Translations under genes and position numbers: made by a program
The notes under the pieces: generated by a model
The model's input: the letters and a program-made list of their open reading frames with translations, nothing else
What the model was told of the DNA's origin: nothing
Database searches by the model: none
In this document: positions 8,735-18,652 of the stretch, in pieces
How positions within the stretch are numbered: the stretch's first letter is position 1
Layout: each line of letters begins with the position of its first letter
DNA from: an uncultured Candidatus Saccharibacteria bacterium
Lineage (GTDB): Bacteria; Patescibacteriota; Minisyncoccia; Phycocordibacterales; UBA1006
DNA length: 64,000 bases
Reading direction: 5' to 3'
Assembly: GCA_964507625.1 (NCBI GenBank)
Contig: CAZDPR010000001.1
Span: 5,012 to 69,011 of the forward strand

Positions 8735-11377
8735 TTATTGAATAATATTAAGAGGAATGATTTGAGATGTTCGACTAAACACGGAATCTATTACTGTTAT
8801 CTCCAGATCGACCGTGCCTGGAATACTCACATAATCAGCAGGAATAAATTGATAATCTCCTGATTCTGATTCTTTACTACCAATAATTTGTCCATTTAAA
8901 CGAAACTCATATTTACGAATAGTTCTTCCTGGGAATGGTTGCGCAGTGGCAGTAATAATTATTGGTTGTTCTAGTTCGATTGTCTGATTTTCTGTTGGAG
9001 TAGCTATGGTTAATAATGGTTGTGTTTGTGCTGTGTGTACATCATCAAAACTAGAAGGTTTTTGTGGGGTTGTAGGAATGTTTCCTAAACCATTATTTCT
9101 AATCCACTCTTGAAAAGCAGCTTCCCAATTTTTATATTGACTGTCTGAAATTCCGATACCTGGGCGCGATTGTGTAAGATCGTTTTTATTAACCCAATAT
9201 AAAATTGATCGTGGTTCTTTAATAACATATTCTTGTCGAGTTTCTTTTGGAGTAAATTCTGTTGCTAATTTTCCTGAAATTTTATCAATAATAAATGATT
9301 CACCTCCCCACCATAATCCTCGAATTACTGGAGGTACATTATCAGGTGCGTCGCTATACATTCCAAATGATTGAACTGGCTTATCCACGAGCGCAGTGTT
9401 CATTACCGATCTCCATGTTGGTACTGAAATTGTTGAACCTCGCTTCATAGAAGTATTATTGTTGTTTCCAGACCATACCCCAACTACTATTTGTGGAGTA
9501 TATCCAACAATCCATGCGTCTTTATTATCATTTGTTGTTCCTGTTTTTGCGGCAACTGGTCGATCTCCAAAATTTAATTGGGAATTCGCCCCAAATAATG
9601 GTGTTCGTGCAACATTATCAGCCATTACCGATGAAATCATTCTCGCCGCATCACTAGAAATTACTTGTTCTCCTGGAATTTGTTTATATTCTTCTAAAAC
9701 TTTTCCTTGTAAATCTTCTATTTTTAATATTCCTGTTGGTGGTAATCGGACTCCATCATTTGCAAAAACACCGTACACTGAAGTTAGTTCGAGAAGAGAT
9801 ACTTCTCCACCTCCTAATACTAATGTTAATCCATAACGGTCAAAATTTCTATCAAGAGTTGTAATTCCTAATTTTTTTGCAGTTTGGAGTGCATCACCAA
9901 TACCCACTAAATAAAGCAATTTTACTGCTGGAACGTTTCGTGACTGACCTAATGCGTTTCGTAAACTAATTGGTCCTACAAATTTTCCATCATAATTATC
10001 TGGAGCATAACAATTTCCAGTACTTTCCCGAGAAAAAGCTCCACAAGAAGCACTAAACTGGGTTGGAACATCAAAAAGTACTGTTTCTGGCCGATATCCT
10101 TTTTCAAACGCTCGTGCATATACAATAGGTTTAAATGATGATCCTGGTTGTCTTCGTGCAGTAGTTACATTAAACTGACCATCAATATCTGGATCTAAAT
10201 ATCCTCGAGAACCTACCATAGCGAGAATCTGACCTGTTTTTGGATCAAGCGCTACTAATGCTTGGTTAGATGCATTCCATTCAGATTCATTTTTTAATGC
10301 ATTTTCTCGAACCTGTTTTTCTGCTTGTTCTTGAATTTTCCAATCAAGTGTTGTGGTTACTTTTAACCCATCAACTAACAGCGCATCTTTTCCATATTTT
10401 TCTTCTAAATACGCACGAATATAATCAACAAAATGAAGTGCTTTACCGCTACTTTCAGATAATGGCCTAAATTCTACTTCTTGCTCTCGTGCATCTTGGT
10501 ATTCTGATTCTGAAATATATCCCTGGTTAAACATTCTTTGTAATACTAAGTTTTTACGATTTTCTAATCGTTCTTTGTTTCTCCCGTAAGGTGAATAGAA
10601 TGTTGGCGCATTTGGAATTGAAGCAAGATATGCAGCTTCTGCAATAGTTATATCGTTACTTGATTTTCCAAAAAAGGTTTTAGCTGCTTGTTCAACCCCA
10701 TAAATTGCACCTCCGTAAGGAGCTTCGTTTAAATAAAGTGTAAGAATTTCATCTTTTGACATTGTTTGTTCTAATTTTAATGCTAAAATCCATTCTTTTA
10801 CTTTGCGAGAAATTCTTTTTTCAGAAGTTAGTAGTGTGTTTTTAATTACTTGTTGAGTAATGGTAGATCCACCACTTTCAGTAATAATATTCCCTGGAAT
10901 AATTTGAGATAATGCACCACGAACCATGGATGAAATTTTAATTCCATTGTGATTATAAAAATCCTTATCTTCAATAGCAATTACTGCATCTTTTATATCC
11001 TGATCAATAAAATCTCCCCCAACGACAGTTCTTTTAATGTTTTCATGAACATCATATAAAATTACTTCACCTGTTCGATCATAAATTTTTGTTGAACTTG
11101 CAACTTTTCGTTCAGAAAAATTATCAAGAGTTGGTAGTTGTAATGTCGCAACCCAAATAAAAAATCCTCCAACAGCTAACATTCCTAAAACTAAACAACT
11201 CCAAAATACTAATTGTGTATGATGACTAATCCAGTCAAACATTTTTTGAAACAATGAGTGTGATTTTTTTGCAACCTTTCGCACATGAGGCTCTGCATGT
11301 TTTTGATATGTTTTTTGTGTCTGTGTTTTTACTGAACGTACTGTATCAAAAAACTTTTTTGATTTATTTTGATTCAT
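8735..11377 (-). CDS. class A penicillin-binding protein (transglycosylase plus transpeptidase), PBP1A-like
   Basis: 880 aa; N-terminal TM; GT51 motifs (EDKDFYNHNGI), transpeptidase SxxK (GSSFKP), SxN (SRN), KTG (KTGTT). Confidence 0.85.
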   Translation of the reverse strand: MNQNKSKKFFDTVRSVKTQTQKTYQKHAEPHVRKVAKKSHSLFQKMFDWISHHTQLVFWSCLVLGMLAVGGFFIWVATLQLPTLDNFSERKVASSTKIYDRTGEVILYDVHENIKRTVVGGDFIDQDIKDAVIAIEDKDFYNHNGIKISSMVRGALSQIIPGNIITESGGSTITQQVIKNTLLTSEKRISRKVKEWILALKLEQTMSKDEILTLYLNEAPYGGAIYGVEQAAKTFFGKSSNDITIAEAAYLASIPNAPTFYSPYGRNKERLENRKNLVLQRMFNQGYISESEYQDAREQEVEFRPLSESSGKALHFVDYIRAYLEEKYGKDALLVDGLKVTTTLDWKIQEQAEKQVRENALKNESEWNASNQALVALDPKTGQILAMVGSRGYLDPDIDGQFNVTTARRQPGSSFKPIVYARAFEKGYRPETVLFDVPTQFSASCGAFSRESTGNCYAPDNYDGKFVGPISLRNALGQSRNVPAVKLLYLVGIGDALQTAKKLGITTLDRNFDRYGLTLVLGGGEVSLLELTSVYGVFANDGVRLPPTGILKIEDLQGKVLEEYKQIPGEQVISSDAARMISSVMADNVARTPLFGANSQLNFGDRPVAAKTGTTNDNKDAWIVGYTPQIVVGVWSGNNNNTSMKRGSTISVPTWRSVMNTALVDKPVQSFGMYSDAPDNVPPVIRGLWWGGESFIIDKISGKLATEFTPKETRQEYVIKEPRSILYWVNKNDLTQSRPGIGISDSQYKNWEAAFQEWIRNNGLGNIPTTPQKPSSFDDVHTAQTQPLLTIATPTENQTIELEQPIIITATAQPFPGRTIRKYEFRLNGQIIGSKESESGDYQFIPADYVSIPGTVDLEITVIDSVFSRTSQIIPLNIIQ

Positions 11378-11444
11378 ATATGCGCACTATACAACATTTT
11401 TTGATTTTTTACAAAAAATCGTTTTTCTGGTACTGTGTCGGTAT

Positions 11445-12656
11445 ATGACCGATACAAATCCAGAAAAAATACAAGAATTTCTTTATCGTGGAGTAGAAAA
11501 AATTCTTCCTTCTCGAGACTTTGTGCAACAACAACTCGAATCTGGAAAACGATTAAAAATCTATTATGGAATTGACCCAACAGGCCCTAATCTCCATATT
11601 GGACACGCTATTGCAATTAAAAAATTAGCTCAACTACAACGTATGGGTCATGAGATTATATTCTTGATTGGAGACTTTACCGCAATGATTGGTGATCCGA
11701 CAGATAAACTCGCTGCCCGGGTAACTCTTACTCCAGAACAAATTGTAGAAAACTTGAAAAATTACAAAGAACAAGCTTCAAAACTGGTTCGATTTGACGG
11801 AGAAAATCCTGCAGAATTACGATTTAATAATGACTGGTTGGGAAAAATGGATTTTCCTGAAGTTATTAATCTTTGTTCAAAAGTAACCGTTCAACAACTT
11901 CTCGAACGTGATATGTTCCAGGTTCGTATAAAAGAAGAAAAACCAATCTACGCCCATGAAATCCTTTACCCATTAATGCAAGGGTATGACAGTGTCGCAC
12001 TGATGGTAGATGGTGAAATCGGAGGAAATGATCAATTATTTAATATGATGATGGGTCGTGAACTTTTAAAAGAACATGGGAAAGAAAAATTTGTCATGAC
12101 TGTAAAACTCCTGGCTGATGCAAACGGTAAAAAAATGGGGAAATCAGAAGGAAATATGATTACACTTGAAGACTCACCTGATGACATGTTTGGAAAAATT
12201 ATGTCATGGACTGATGGAATGATTATTGCAGGATTTGAATTATGTACCGATATTCCTGACCAAGAAATCACCACTATCGCAATCTCTATTCAAAATGGTG
12301 ATAATCCAATGCAGTACAAAAAACAACTCGCACGAGAAATTATTACTCTCTACCATAGCGCAGATCAAGCTATTAATGCACAAAATAATTGGGAACAAAC
12401 GTTTTCTGAAGGTGGAATTCCAGAAAATATTCCAGAAATCAACGGAGAATCTGAAAAATTGTTATCAGAAGTATTAGTAGAACATGATTTTATTGGATCA
12501 AAAGCAGAATTTAGACGATTAACTGATGAAGGTGGTGTAAAAATTATTACCAAGGATCTATCTGAAGAAAAAATTACGGATTTCCAATATAAACTTTCTG
12601 AAACGATTATTGTAAAGGTTGGGAAAAAGAAGTTTGTGAAAATAATTATAAACTAA
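11445..12656 (+). CDS. tyrS: tyrosyl-tRNA synthetase (class I, HIGH/KMSKS)
   Basis: YYGIDPTGPNLHIGHA...LIGDFTAMIGDPTDK...KMGKS; C-terminal S4-like RNA-binding tail. Confidence 0.7.
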   Translation: MTDTNPEKIQEFLYRGVEKILPSRDFVQQQLESGKRLKIYYGIDPTGPNLHIGHAIAIKKLAQLQRMGHEIIFLIGDFTAMIGDPTDKLAARVTLTPEQIVENLKNYKEQASKLVRFDGENPAELRFNNDWLGKMDFPEVINLCSKVTVQQLLERDMFQVRIKEEKPIYAHEILYPLMQGYDSVALMVDGEIGGNDQLFNMMMGRELLKEHGKEKFVMTVKLLADANGKKMGKSEGNMITLEDSPDDMFGKIMSWTDGMIIAGFELCTDIPDQEITTIAISIQNGDNPMQYKKQLAREIITLYHSADQAINAQNNWEQTFSEGGIPENIPEINGESEKLLSEVLVEHDFIGSKAEFRRLTDEGGVKIITKDLSEEKITDFQYKLSETIIVKVGKKKFVKIIIN

Positions 12657-12686
12657 AAAACCGCATATGCGGTTTTTTAGTTTTTT
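12651..12686. terminator. terminator (copy 1 of an identical 36-nt repeat)
   Basis: AACTAAAAAACCGCATATGCGGTTTTTTAGTTTTTTA; hairpin CCGCATATGCGG flanked by A- and T-runs; identical copy at 14824-14859. Confidence 0.7.
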
Positions 12687-13222
12687 AATTGATAATTTTT
12701 AATTAAAAAATCAATTAGTTTTTTATAGTCTGTTCCAAAAATTACTTCATTATTTGAAAATTCTTTTTTTGCAGCATAGGTGATATTTTTTAATTCATCA
12801 GATACGCCACCAGTTCCTTCAATTACCGCTACTGGTAATCCTTCCTCGATCGCGATTCCGAATTCTGATAATGTTCCAATACGACCATTTAATACAATAG
12901 CTGCATCAACATTTTTAATCATTTCAAGTGATCGAGCCGTAAAACCAGAAATAAAATGTGCTGTTGAATAAAATTTTATATCATGAGTATTTTCTTCGTG
13001 TTGTCGGTCATAATATTCATTATGATCACTATGAGGAAAATATCCAATTGTTTTTCCTGATGATGAATAAGCAGATTCAATACATACTGCAGGAATTCCA
13101 TTACATCCACCAGTCACCGTCGTAATATCTTTTTCTGCAAGATATTTCCCTATTTGCTCTGCAAGTTTTCTATTCTCTGCAGTAATTTCAGGAAGCCAAG
13201 AACTAAATATTGCTATTTTCAT
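12677..13222 (-). CDS. LOG/SLOG-family (TIGR00725-like) Rossmann-fold nucleotide-binding protein, copy A
   Basis: 181 aa; TGGCNGIP...NGRIGTLSEF motifs of the Lonely-Guy family. Confidence 0.6.
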   Translation of the reverse strand: MKIAIFSSWLPEITAENRKLAEQIGKYLAEKDITTVTGGCNGIPAVCIESAYSSSGKTIGYFPHSDHNEYYDRQHEENTHDIKFYSTAHFISGFTARSLEMIKNVDAAIVLNGRIGTLSEFGIAIEEGLPVAVIEGTGGVSDELKNITYAAKKEFSNNEVIFGTDYKKLIDFLIKNYQLKN

Positions 13223-13225
13223 AAA

Positions 13226-13933
13226 TTATTTTTTACGAGCTTTAATAATAAAATAAGTCGGGTAGTTTCCATTATGGAATTGTTCTGATGCAGGGAAATC
13301 TTTTTCCTCAAGAAATGAAAGTATTTCAAAATTATTCAAAAAATCTCGATTGAAATATTCGTTAAGTGTATGTGTTGGTTCTTTTAAAGTAATTTTTCCA
13401 TTAAAAATATGAAGTGTGCTTACTTTTGATTCAAAATAATCAACACTCTCTCCGTATTCTCGAATTTTTCCAAAATATTGTTGCATTGGATGTTTTGTAA
13501 GTAATACAAATACTCCATCTTTTTTCAATACACGTGCACACTCTGATAATGCTTTAGGAATATTAAAACATGTTTGAAGTGCCCATGTTGAAATTACAAT
13601 ATCAAACATATCATCAGAAAACGGTATGTTTTCTGCAACCCCTTCTTTGATAATTCCTGTTGGATTTAATTCTTTTGCTTTATTAATAAATTCTTCACTT
13701 GGCTCTACTCCATAAATAATTGCACCTTTTTTATTTATTTCCCTTAAAACAGTTCCATCTCCACAACCAATATCGAGTACTTTTTTGTTCATTAATTCTG
13801 GTAATTCTTTAAAGAAGTTGTGTTTACTAATATCATCATAATTAATATTATCTGAATAAATACTTGAAAAGTTATTATATTGTTTTTTTATTTTATTATT
13901 CATACCTAAATTATATCTAAAAATACTTGACAT
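13226..13933 (-). CDS. class I SAM-dependent methyltransferase, copy A
   Basis: VLDIGCGDGT (motif I)...FDIVIS...LKKDGVFVL; shares LKEPTHTLNEYFNRDFL with the paralog at 15380-16066. Confidence 0.7.
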   Translation of the reverse strand: MSSIFRYNLGMNNKIKKQYNNFSSIYSDNINYDDISKHNFFKELPELMNKKVLDIGCGDGTVLREINKKGAIIYGVEPSEEFINKAKELNPTGIIKEGVAENIPFSDDMFDIVISTWALQTCFNIPKALSECARVLKKDGVFVLLTKHPMQQYFGKIREYGESVDYFESKVSTLHIFNGKITLKEPTHTLNEYFNRDFLNNFEILSFLEEKDFPASEQFHNGNYPTYFIIKARKK

Positions 13934-14000
13934 TTCAAAATTATATTGTTTTTATGTATATTTTTAAAAAAATATTTTAAAAATTGATATACTTAATAAT

Positions 14001-14825
14001 ATGTTGTTTTCAAACCATGAAAAATTAGAAGATACTCTTGTTCGAATGCTTTTTCCTGAACGAAAAACCGCAAAAGTACTGTTACGAGAATTATTAAAGG
14101 AAAATCAAGATTATACAATCCAGTCTGTTTATAACTCGTTACGGGAACTTATTCGTTTAGAAATTGTAATAAAAACAGGGTTTTATTACCAAATTAACGA
14201 GGAATGGAAGAATAAAATTATAGAAACCGTATCTGACAGTTCTGATGATATTTTTGATGGAGAAAAGACAATATTTCTCCTTAATTCACTTACTCATTAT
14301 GATCTTCAATGGAAAAACACTATTTTACCACTCCATAATAAATATCCTAAAGATCCTATATTTTTCTATAACTACCATTATATTTGGATTCATTTAGGAG
14401 AAACTCGTGAGAAATCAGAAATTGATTATTATGAGTCATTTTTAAAACAAAAAAGATATGCTTTTTCATTAATTGGATCACATCACCCTTTAGAAGTAGA
14501 GACAAAAAAGATGGTTGAGAATGAATTTGTACGTATTTTTATTGATGATAAACCCATCCAATCATCAGGATATATTACTATTATTAATGATTATATTATT
14601 ACTTCATATTTAACTAAAAAAACACTTTCAGAAATTGATAGTTGTTATAAAAAATCAAAAACTATTCCTGAATTACGCAGGAATATTCAAAAAATTGATT
14701 TTAAATCTAATAAAGTAAAGATTATTATCGAACGCAACCGAGAAAAGGCTAAGAAGTTGCGTAAAAAAATATCAAAAGATTTTTATATTCCACGAGAATT
14801 ACGTGAAAAGTTTGATTTATTTTAA
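14001..14825 (+). CDS. winged-helix (TrmB/MarR-like) putative transcriptional regulator, paralog 1
   Basis: N-terminal IQSVYNSLRELIRLEIVIK wHTH-like segment; divergent from the MTase/LOG pair; C-terminal KVKIIIERNREKAKKLRKKI shared with paralogs. Confidence 0.45.
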   Translation: MLFSNHEKLEDTLVRMLFPERKTAKVLLRELLKENQDYTIQSVYNSLRELIRLEIVIKTGFYYQINEEWKNKIIETVSDSSDDIFDGEKTIFLLNSLTHYDLQWKNTILPLHNKYPKDPIFFYNYHYIWIHLGETREKSEIDYYESFLKQKRYAFSLIGSHHPLEVETKKMVENEFVRIFIDDKPIQSSGYITIINDYIITSYLTKKTLSEIDSCYKKSKTIPELRRNIQKIDFKSNKVKIIIERNREKAKKLRKKISKDFYIPRELREKFDLF

Positions 14826-14859
14826 CTAAAAAACCGCATATGCGGTTTTTTAGTTTTTT
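14824..14859. terminator. terminator (copy 2 of the identical 36-nt repeat)
   Basis: same sequence as 12651-12686. Confidence 0.7.
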
Positions 14860-15371
14860 ATTATCCAATTAATTACCTCTTCGTAATCGTCAGAGAAAAA
14901 TACTTGTCCAGGAAACTCTTTTTCGGCTACAGAGAGGATATATTCTAAATGATCAGCAATACCTCCTGTATTTGTAATTACACCAACCTTTTTCCCTTCT
15001 TCAAGCGCTATTGTAAATTCTGACAGCGTTCCAATACGACCATTTAATAAAAGGATTTTATCAGCATCGTGAATCATTTGTAAACTTCTTGCTGTAAATC
15101 CGGGTATAAACTTAATTTCATTAAAATATTCTGTATGAAGATTATCAAAACGATTATTATGATCTTTTGTGTGTTTATCAGGAGAATATGCGATTGTTTT
15201 TATTCCAAATTCTTTTGCTTTTTGTACTATTAATCCAGGAACTCCTAATGATCCACCTGTCATTATTTCAATATTTTTAATTTCTGAAATTTTTTTAACA
15301 ATTTGATAAATTAAATTTTCTGATTCTTCTGAAATCTTTTCTAATGCAGAAGAAATAATTACTATTTTCAT
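14850..15371 (-). CDS. LOG/SLOG-family protein, copy B
   Basis: 173 aa; MTGGSLGVPG...NGRIGTLSEF; about 40% identical by eye to copy A. Confidence 0.6.
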   Translation of the reverse strand: MKIVIISSALEKISEESENLIYQIVKKISEIKNIEIMTGGSLGVPGLIVQKAKEFGIKTIAYSPDKHTKDHNNRFDNLHTEYFNEIKFIPGFTARSLQMIHDADKILLLNGRIGTLSEFTIALEEGKKVGVITNTGGIADHLEYILSVAEKEFPGQVFFSDDYEEVINWIIKN

Positions 15372-15379
15372 TATAATTA

Positions 15380-16066
15380 TTATCTTTTTTTATAAACTCC
15401 AATAAAATATCCGGGATAAATTCGACCATCAACCTGTTCTGCTGCTGGGTCAAAAACTTCTTTAAAATCAACAAGGTCAAATTTTAAAAGAAAATCTTTA
15501 TTAAAATATTCATTAAAGGTGTGTGTTGGTTCATGAAGTGTAACCGAGTTGTTTAAAATATTACAGGTAACTATTTCTTTTTTAAAATAATCGGCTTTAT
15601 TATTTCTTTTTTCAAAATATTGACGAAACGGGTGGGTCATTAAATAAATAAAATATCCACCTGGTTTTAAAACACGATCAACTTCATTAAAAATTGGATT
15701 CATATCTGAAGATGTCATGATTGCATATTTTGAAACTACAATATCAAATGAATTATTTTTATAGGGAAGATTTTCTGCAAGTCCTACTTTAAAATTAATT
15801 CCTTTATATTTTTCTTTTGCAATTTTAATTAATTCTTCTGATGCATCAACAGCAGACACAGAGAAACCTTTTTGTTTATAATTACTTGCATCATATCCAT
15901 CACCACAAGCAAGGTCTAATAAATTATTATATTTAACCACATCAACTTCATTAATATATTTATAAAATTCACTACGATTTTGATTATTTGAATTATCACC
16001 TAAATTATGATTATTCGAGAAATCTATTGCAAAATTATTGTATTGTTTTCTTATATCAGTATTCAT
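15380..16066 (-). CDS. class I SAM-dependent methyltransferase, copy B
   Basis: LLDLACGDGYD...FDIVVS...LKPGGYFIYL...LHEPTHTFNEYFNKDFL. Confidence 0.7.
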   Translation of the reverse strand: MNTDIRKQYNNFAIDFSNNHNLGDNSNNQNRSEFYKYINEVDVVKYNNLLDLACGDGYDASNYKQKGFSVSAVDASEELIKIAKEKYKGINFKVGLAENLPYKNNSFDIVVSKYAIMTSSDMNPIFNEVDRVLKPGGYFIYLMTHPFRQYFEKRNNKADYFKKEIVTCNILNNSVTLHEPTHTFNEYFNKDFLLKFDLVDFKEVFDPAAEQVDGRIYPGYFIGVYKKR

Positions 16067-16162
16067 GCCCTAATTATATCTTTTTTATATTGACATTTCA
16101 AAATTATATTGTTTTTTGGTATTTTTTTAAACACTTTGTTTAAAAATTGATATACTCTAATT

Positions 16163-16993
16163 ATGATATATTCTAAAAATGAACATTTAGAGGATTTGGT
16201 TATTAAAATATTACTCATTAAAGAGCAGAGTGTGAAAAGTATTCATAAAACATTATCTAGTCAACAAGAAAATTTTACCCTTCAAGGTATTTATCGCGTA
16301 CTTCGAGATCTTATAAAAGATGAAATAGTTATAAAAAGAAAGAATATTTATTTAATTTCTGAGGAGTGGCGTGATCGTGTTATTAATAGTTTTAGAAGAA
16401 AACAAAACAGTATTACCCTTTCGGAACACGAAAGTATTCAATTTAACTTAGATTCTCTTGTCCATCTTGATCAACAATGGAAAAATATAATTATTCCCTT
16501 ACAAGAATCTTTTTCTGATTTTCCTGTTTTTTTATATAATACCCATGAAATTTGGATACATTTAAGTGTTAGTAGAAAAGAAAGTGAATATAACTATTAT
16601 GAATCTTTTAAAGAAAATTCTTATTCTTCGTATTGTCTTTTTGGTGGAAATACAAAGTTTGATAAACAAATAGCTATGGAATTAAAACACGAGAAATTAA
16701 ATATTAATTATGGCTATAAACCTTTTCCAGAAACAGATTATATAATAATAATTGATGATTATATAATTACAACAAGAATTTCTCGGAAAATTGCAAATAA
16801 AATAAAAGATGTTTATTTAAAAAGTAAAAATTTTGATGAACTTGAATATAATTTACAAGAACTTGGTATTGAAAAGAAAAAAGTGAAATTAATCATCGAA
16901 CGTAATCGAGAAAAGGCTAAAATTTTTAGAAAAAGAATTTCTCGTAATTTTTATATCCCAATGCAATTACGAAAACAATTTGATTTGTTTTAA
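16163..16993 (+). CDS. wHTH putative regulator, paralog 2
   Basis: LQGIYRVLRDLIKDEIVIK...ISEEWRDR...KVKLIIERNREKAKIFRKRI; collinear with 14001-14825. Confidence 0.45.
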   Translation: MIYSKNEHLEDLVIKILLIKEQSVKSIHKTLSSQQENFTLQGIYRVLRDLIKDEIVIKRKNIYLISEEWRDRVINSFRRKQNSITLSEHESIQFNLDSLVHLDQQWKNIIIPLQESFSDFPVFLYNTHEIWIHLSVSRKESEYNYYESFKENSYSSYCLFGGNTKFDKQIAMELKHEKLNINYGYKPFPETDYIIIIDDYIITTRISRKIANKIKDVYLKSKNFDELEYNLQELGIEKKKVKLIIERNREKAKIFRKRISRNFYIPMQLRKQFDLF

Positions 16994-16995
16994 TT

Positions 16996-17026
16996 AAAAA
17001 AAACCTTATAAAATAAGGTTTTTTTA
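16996..17026. terminator. terminator of the CCTTATAAAATAAGG family
   Basis: AAAAAAACCTTATAAAATAAGGTTTTTTT. Confidence 0.6.
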
Positions 17027-17290
17027 GAATATTCGCTCTATTCGCTCTAAATATCCTTTTTCTTGTAATTCATTATTAATTTCATTTAATAATTCTGGAA
17101 ACCAAGTAATAATTCTAGATTTAATAATAGGGGAAATATCAAGAAATATATGGTTTTTTTTCTGTATTTGAATACTGGATCGTGGAATAGTAATGGACTG
17201 TTTTTCTAAAAAAGAAAGCGTGGTATTACGAATTACTGTTTCCGCAGGTGGTTTTCCTAAAAAACCCTGTAATCGTTCTGAAATATCCAT
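17024..17290 (-). CDS. hypothetical 88-aa protein downstream of dnaN, possibly DUF721/DciA-like
   Basis: position after dnaN and a ...FLDISPIIKSRIITWFPELLNEINNEL... pattern reminiscent of DUF721; weak. Confidence 0.35.
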   Translation of the reverse strand: MDISERLQGFLGKPPAETVIRNTTLSFLEKQSITIPRSSIQIQKKNHIFLDISPIIKSRIITWFPELLNEINNELQEKGYLERIERIF

Positions 17291-17293
17291 ATT

Positions 17294-18400
17294 TTACCGA
17301 TTCATCGGCATTACGAGGTAGAGAAATGAAGTATCTCCTTGCCCTTTAATAACTAATGGTTTTTTAATATCTAACCATTCAAAATATAATGAATCACTAG
17401 AAATACTCGCAATTCCTTCTTGGATATATCGTGCATTTAACCCAACTTCAATAGTATTCCCTTGAACTACCGCATCAACAGAAGTGTGGATTTCACCTAC
17501 AGTAGTGTTTTCAGCTTGAAAAATAAGGTTTTTTTGATCTGGTTGTACAGAAACATGAATATGATGGTAATGATTTGAAAAAAGAGGAAGTGTTCGTAAC
17601 ACTTGAATTATATCACTTTTTAAAATAATCGCCTGAGTTGTATGCTCTGTAGGAATAATTTTTGTGTAATCAGGGAAATTTCCATGGGTTAATTGAGCAG
17701 TAATGAATATATTTTTTGTTTCAATATGCACCTGATGTTCACTGATAGTAATTATAATATCTTCTTCGGTATCAGAAAGTACTTTCAGAATATCTTGAGC
17801 ATTTTTAATAGGGAGAAGAAATGAGTTTATTAAATCAGCATTTTTAAAGGAAATTTTCTTTTCTGCAAGACGGAACGCGTCTGTTGCTACGAAATAAAGG
17901 TTTTTTTCTTTTCCATGAATATAAATACTGGAAAGTTCTGGTTTTATATCACTTTGTGATCCTGCAAACATTACTGAACGAATACCGGTAATAAAATCTG
18001 TCACAGGAAGCGAAATTTCAGCCTCCTCACCACTTTTCTTTGGTAGTTCAGGGAAATCATCAAAAGGTACTGTTTTAAGTTTTGTACGGCTTTTTTTTGA
18101 CTGCATATGGAGTACATCACCTTCTAATTCACAAAGAATTGTATCTTGATTTGAAAAACCGTTAAGTACCTGAGCAAAAGTGTTTCCAGGAATAGCACAA
18201 ATACCTGATTGTTCTACTTTTGCTGGAATAATAATTTCTGTACCTGTATGGAGATTAGTTGCACGAAAGGTAACTCTTCCATCAGAACTTGCAATACATA
18301 AAATACAGGATAATACCGGTAGGGTAGGGTGTTTACCTGTTACTTTCTCTGCCTTACTCACTGCTGATATTATTTTTTCATGAGAGCATTCAAATTTCAT
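17294..18400 (-). CDS. dnaN: DNA polymerase III beta subunit (sliding clamp)
   Basis: 368 aa; MKFECSHEKIISAVSKAEKVTGKHPTLPVLSCI... three-domain clamp; follows dnaA. Confidence 0.9.
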   Translation of the reverse strand: MKFECSHEKIISAVSKAEKVTGKHPTLPVLSCILCIASSDGRVTFRATNLHTGTEIIIPAKVEQSGICAIPGNTFAQVLNGFSNQDTILCELEGDVLHMQSKKSRTKLKTVPFDDFPELPKKSGEEAEISLPVTDFITGIRSVMFAGSQSDIKPELSSIYIHGKEKNLYFVATDAFRLAEKKISFKNADLINSFLLPIKNAQDILKVLSDTEEDIIITISEHQVHIETKNIFITAQLTHGNFPDYTKIIPTEHTTQAIILKSDIIQVLRTLPLFSNHYHHIHVSVQPDQKNLIFQAENTTVGEIHTSVDAVVQGNTIEVGLNARYIQEGIASISSDSLYFEWLDIKKPLVIKGQGDTSFLYLVMPMNR

Positions 18401-18652
18401 AATATAGTATTTTTTTAAATTTATAAATTTTTCAAATAATATTATTAGTATAGTATGTGGATACTGTGGATAAATCCAGAAACCTTTTTAAATAAAACTA
18501 TTTTAATAATTCGACCTGTGTATAATAATTATTATTATACACATATGAAATGTAGATAAATTGAAGGGAATGTAAAAAGAAATTGTATCCAAAATGTTTT
18601 CAGAAATTATCCCTCTCTATTTTCCCTGATTATAAACAAGTTTTTCCACAGA
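18401..18652. promoter_or_regulatory. oriC segment between dnaA and dnaN (DnaA boxes plus AT-rich unwinding element)
   Basis: TGTGGATAC at 18457 and perfect TGTGGATAA at 18466; flanking AT-rich run AAATTTATAAATTTTTCAAATAATATTATTAG. Confidence 0.6.

Noticed and set aside
11378-11444. T-box leader upstream of tyrS
   Set aside because: The intergenic region is only 67 nt, which is too short for a T-box riboswitch of about 200-300 nt.
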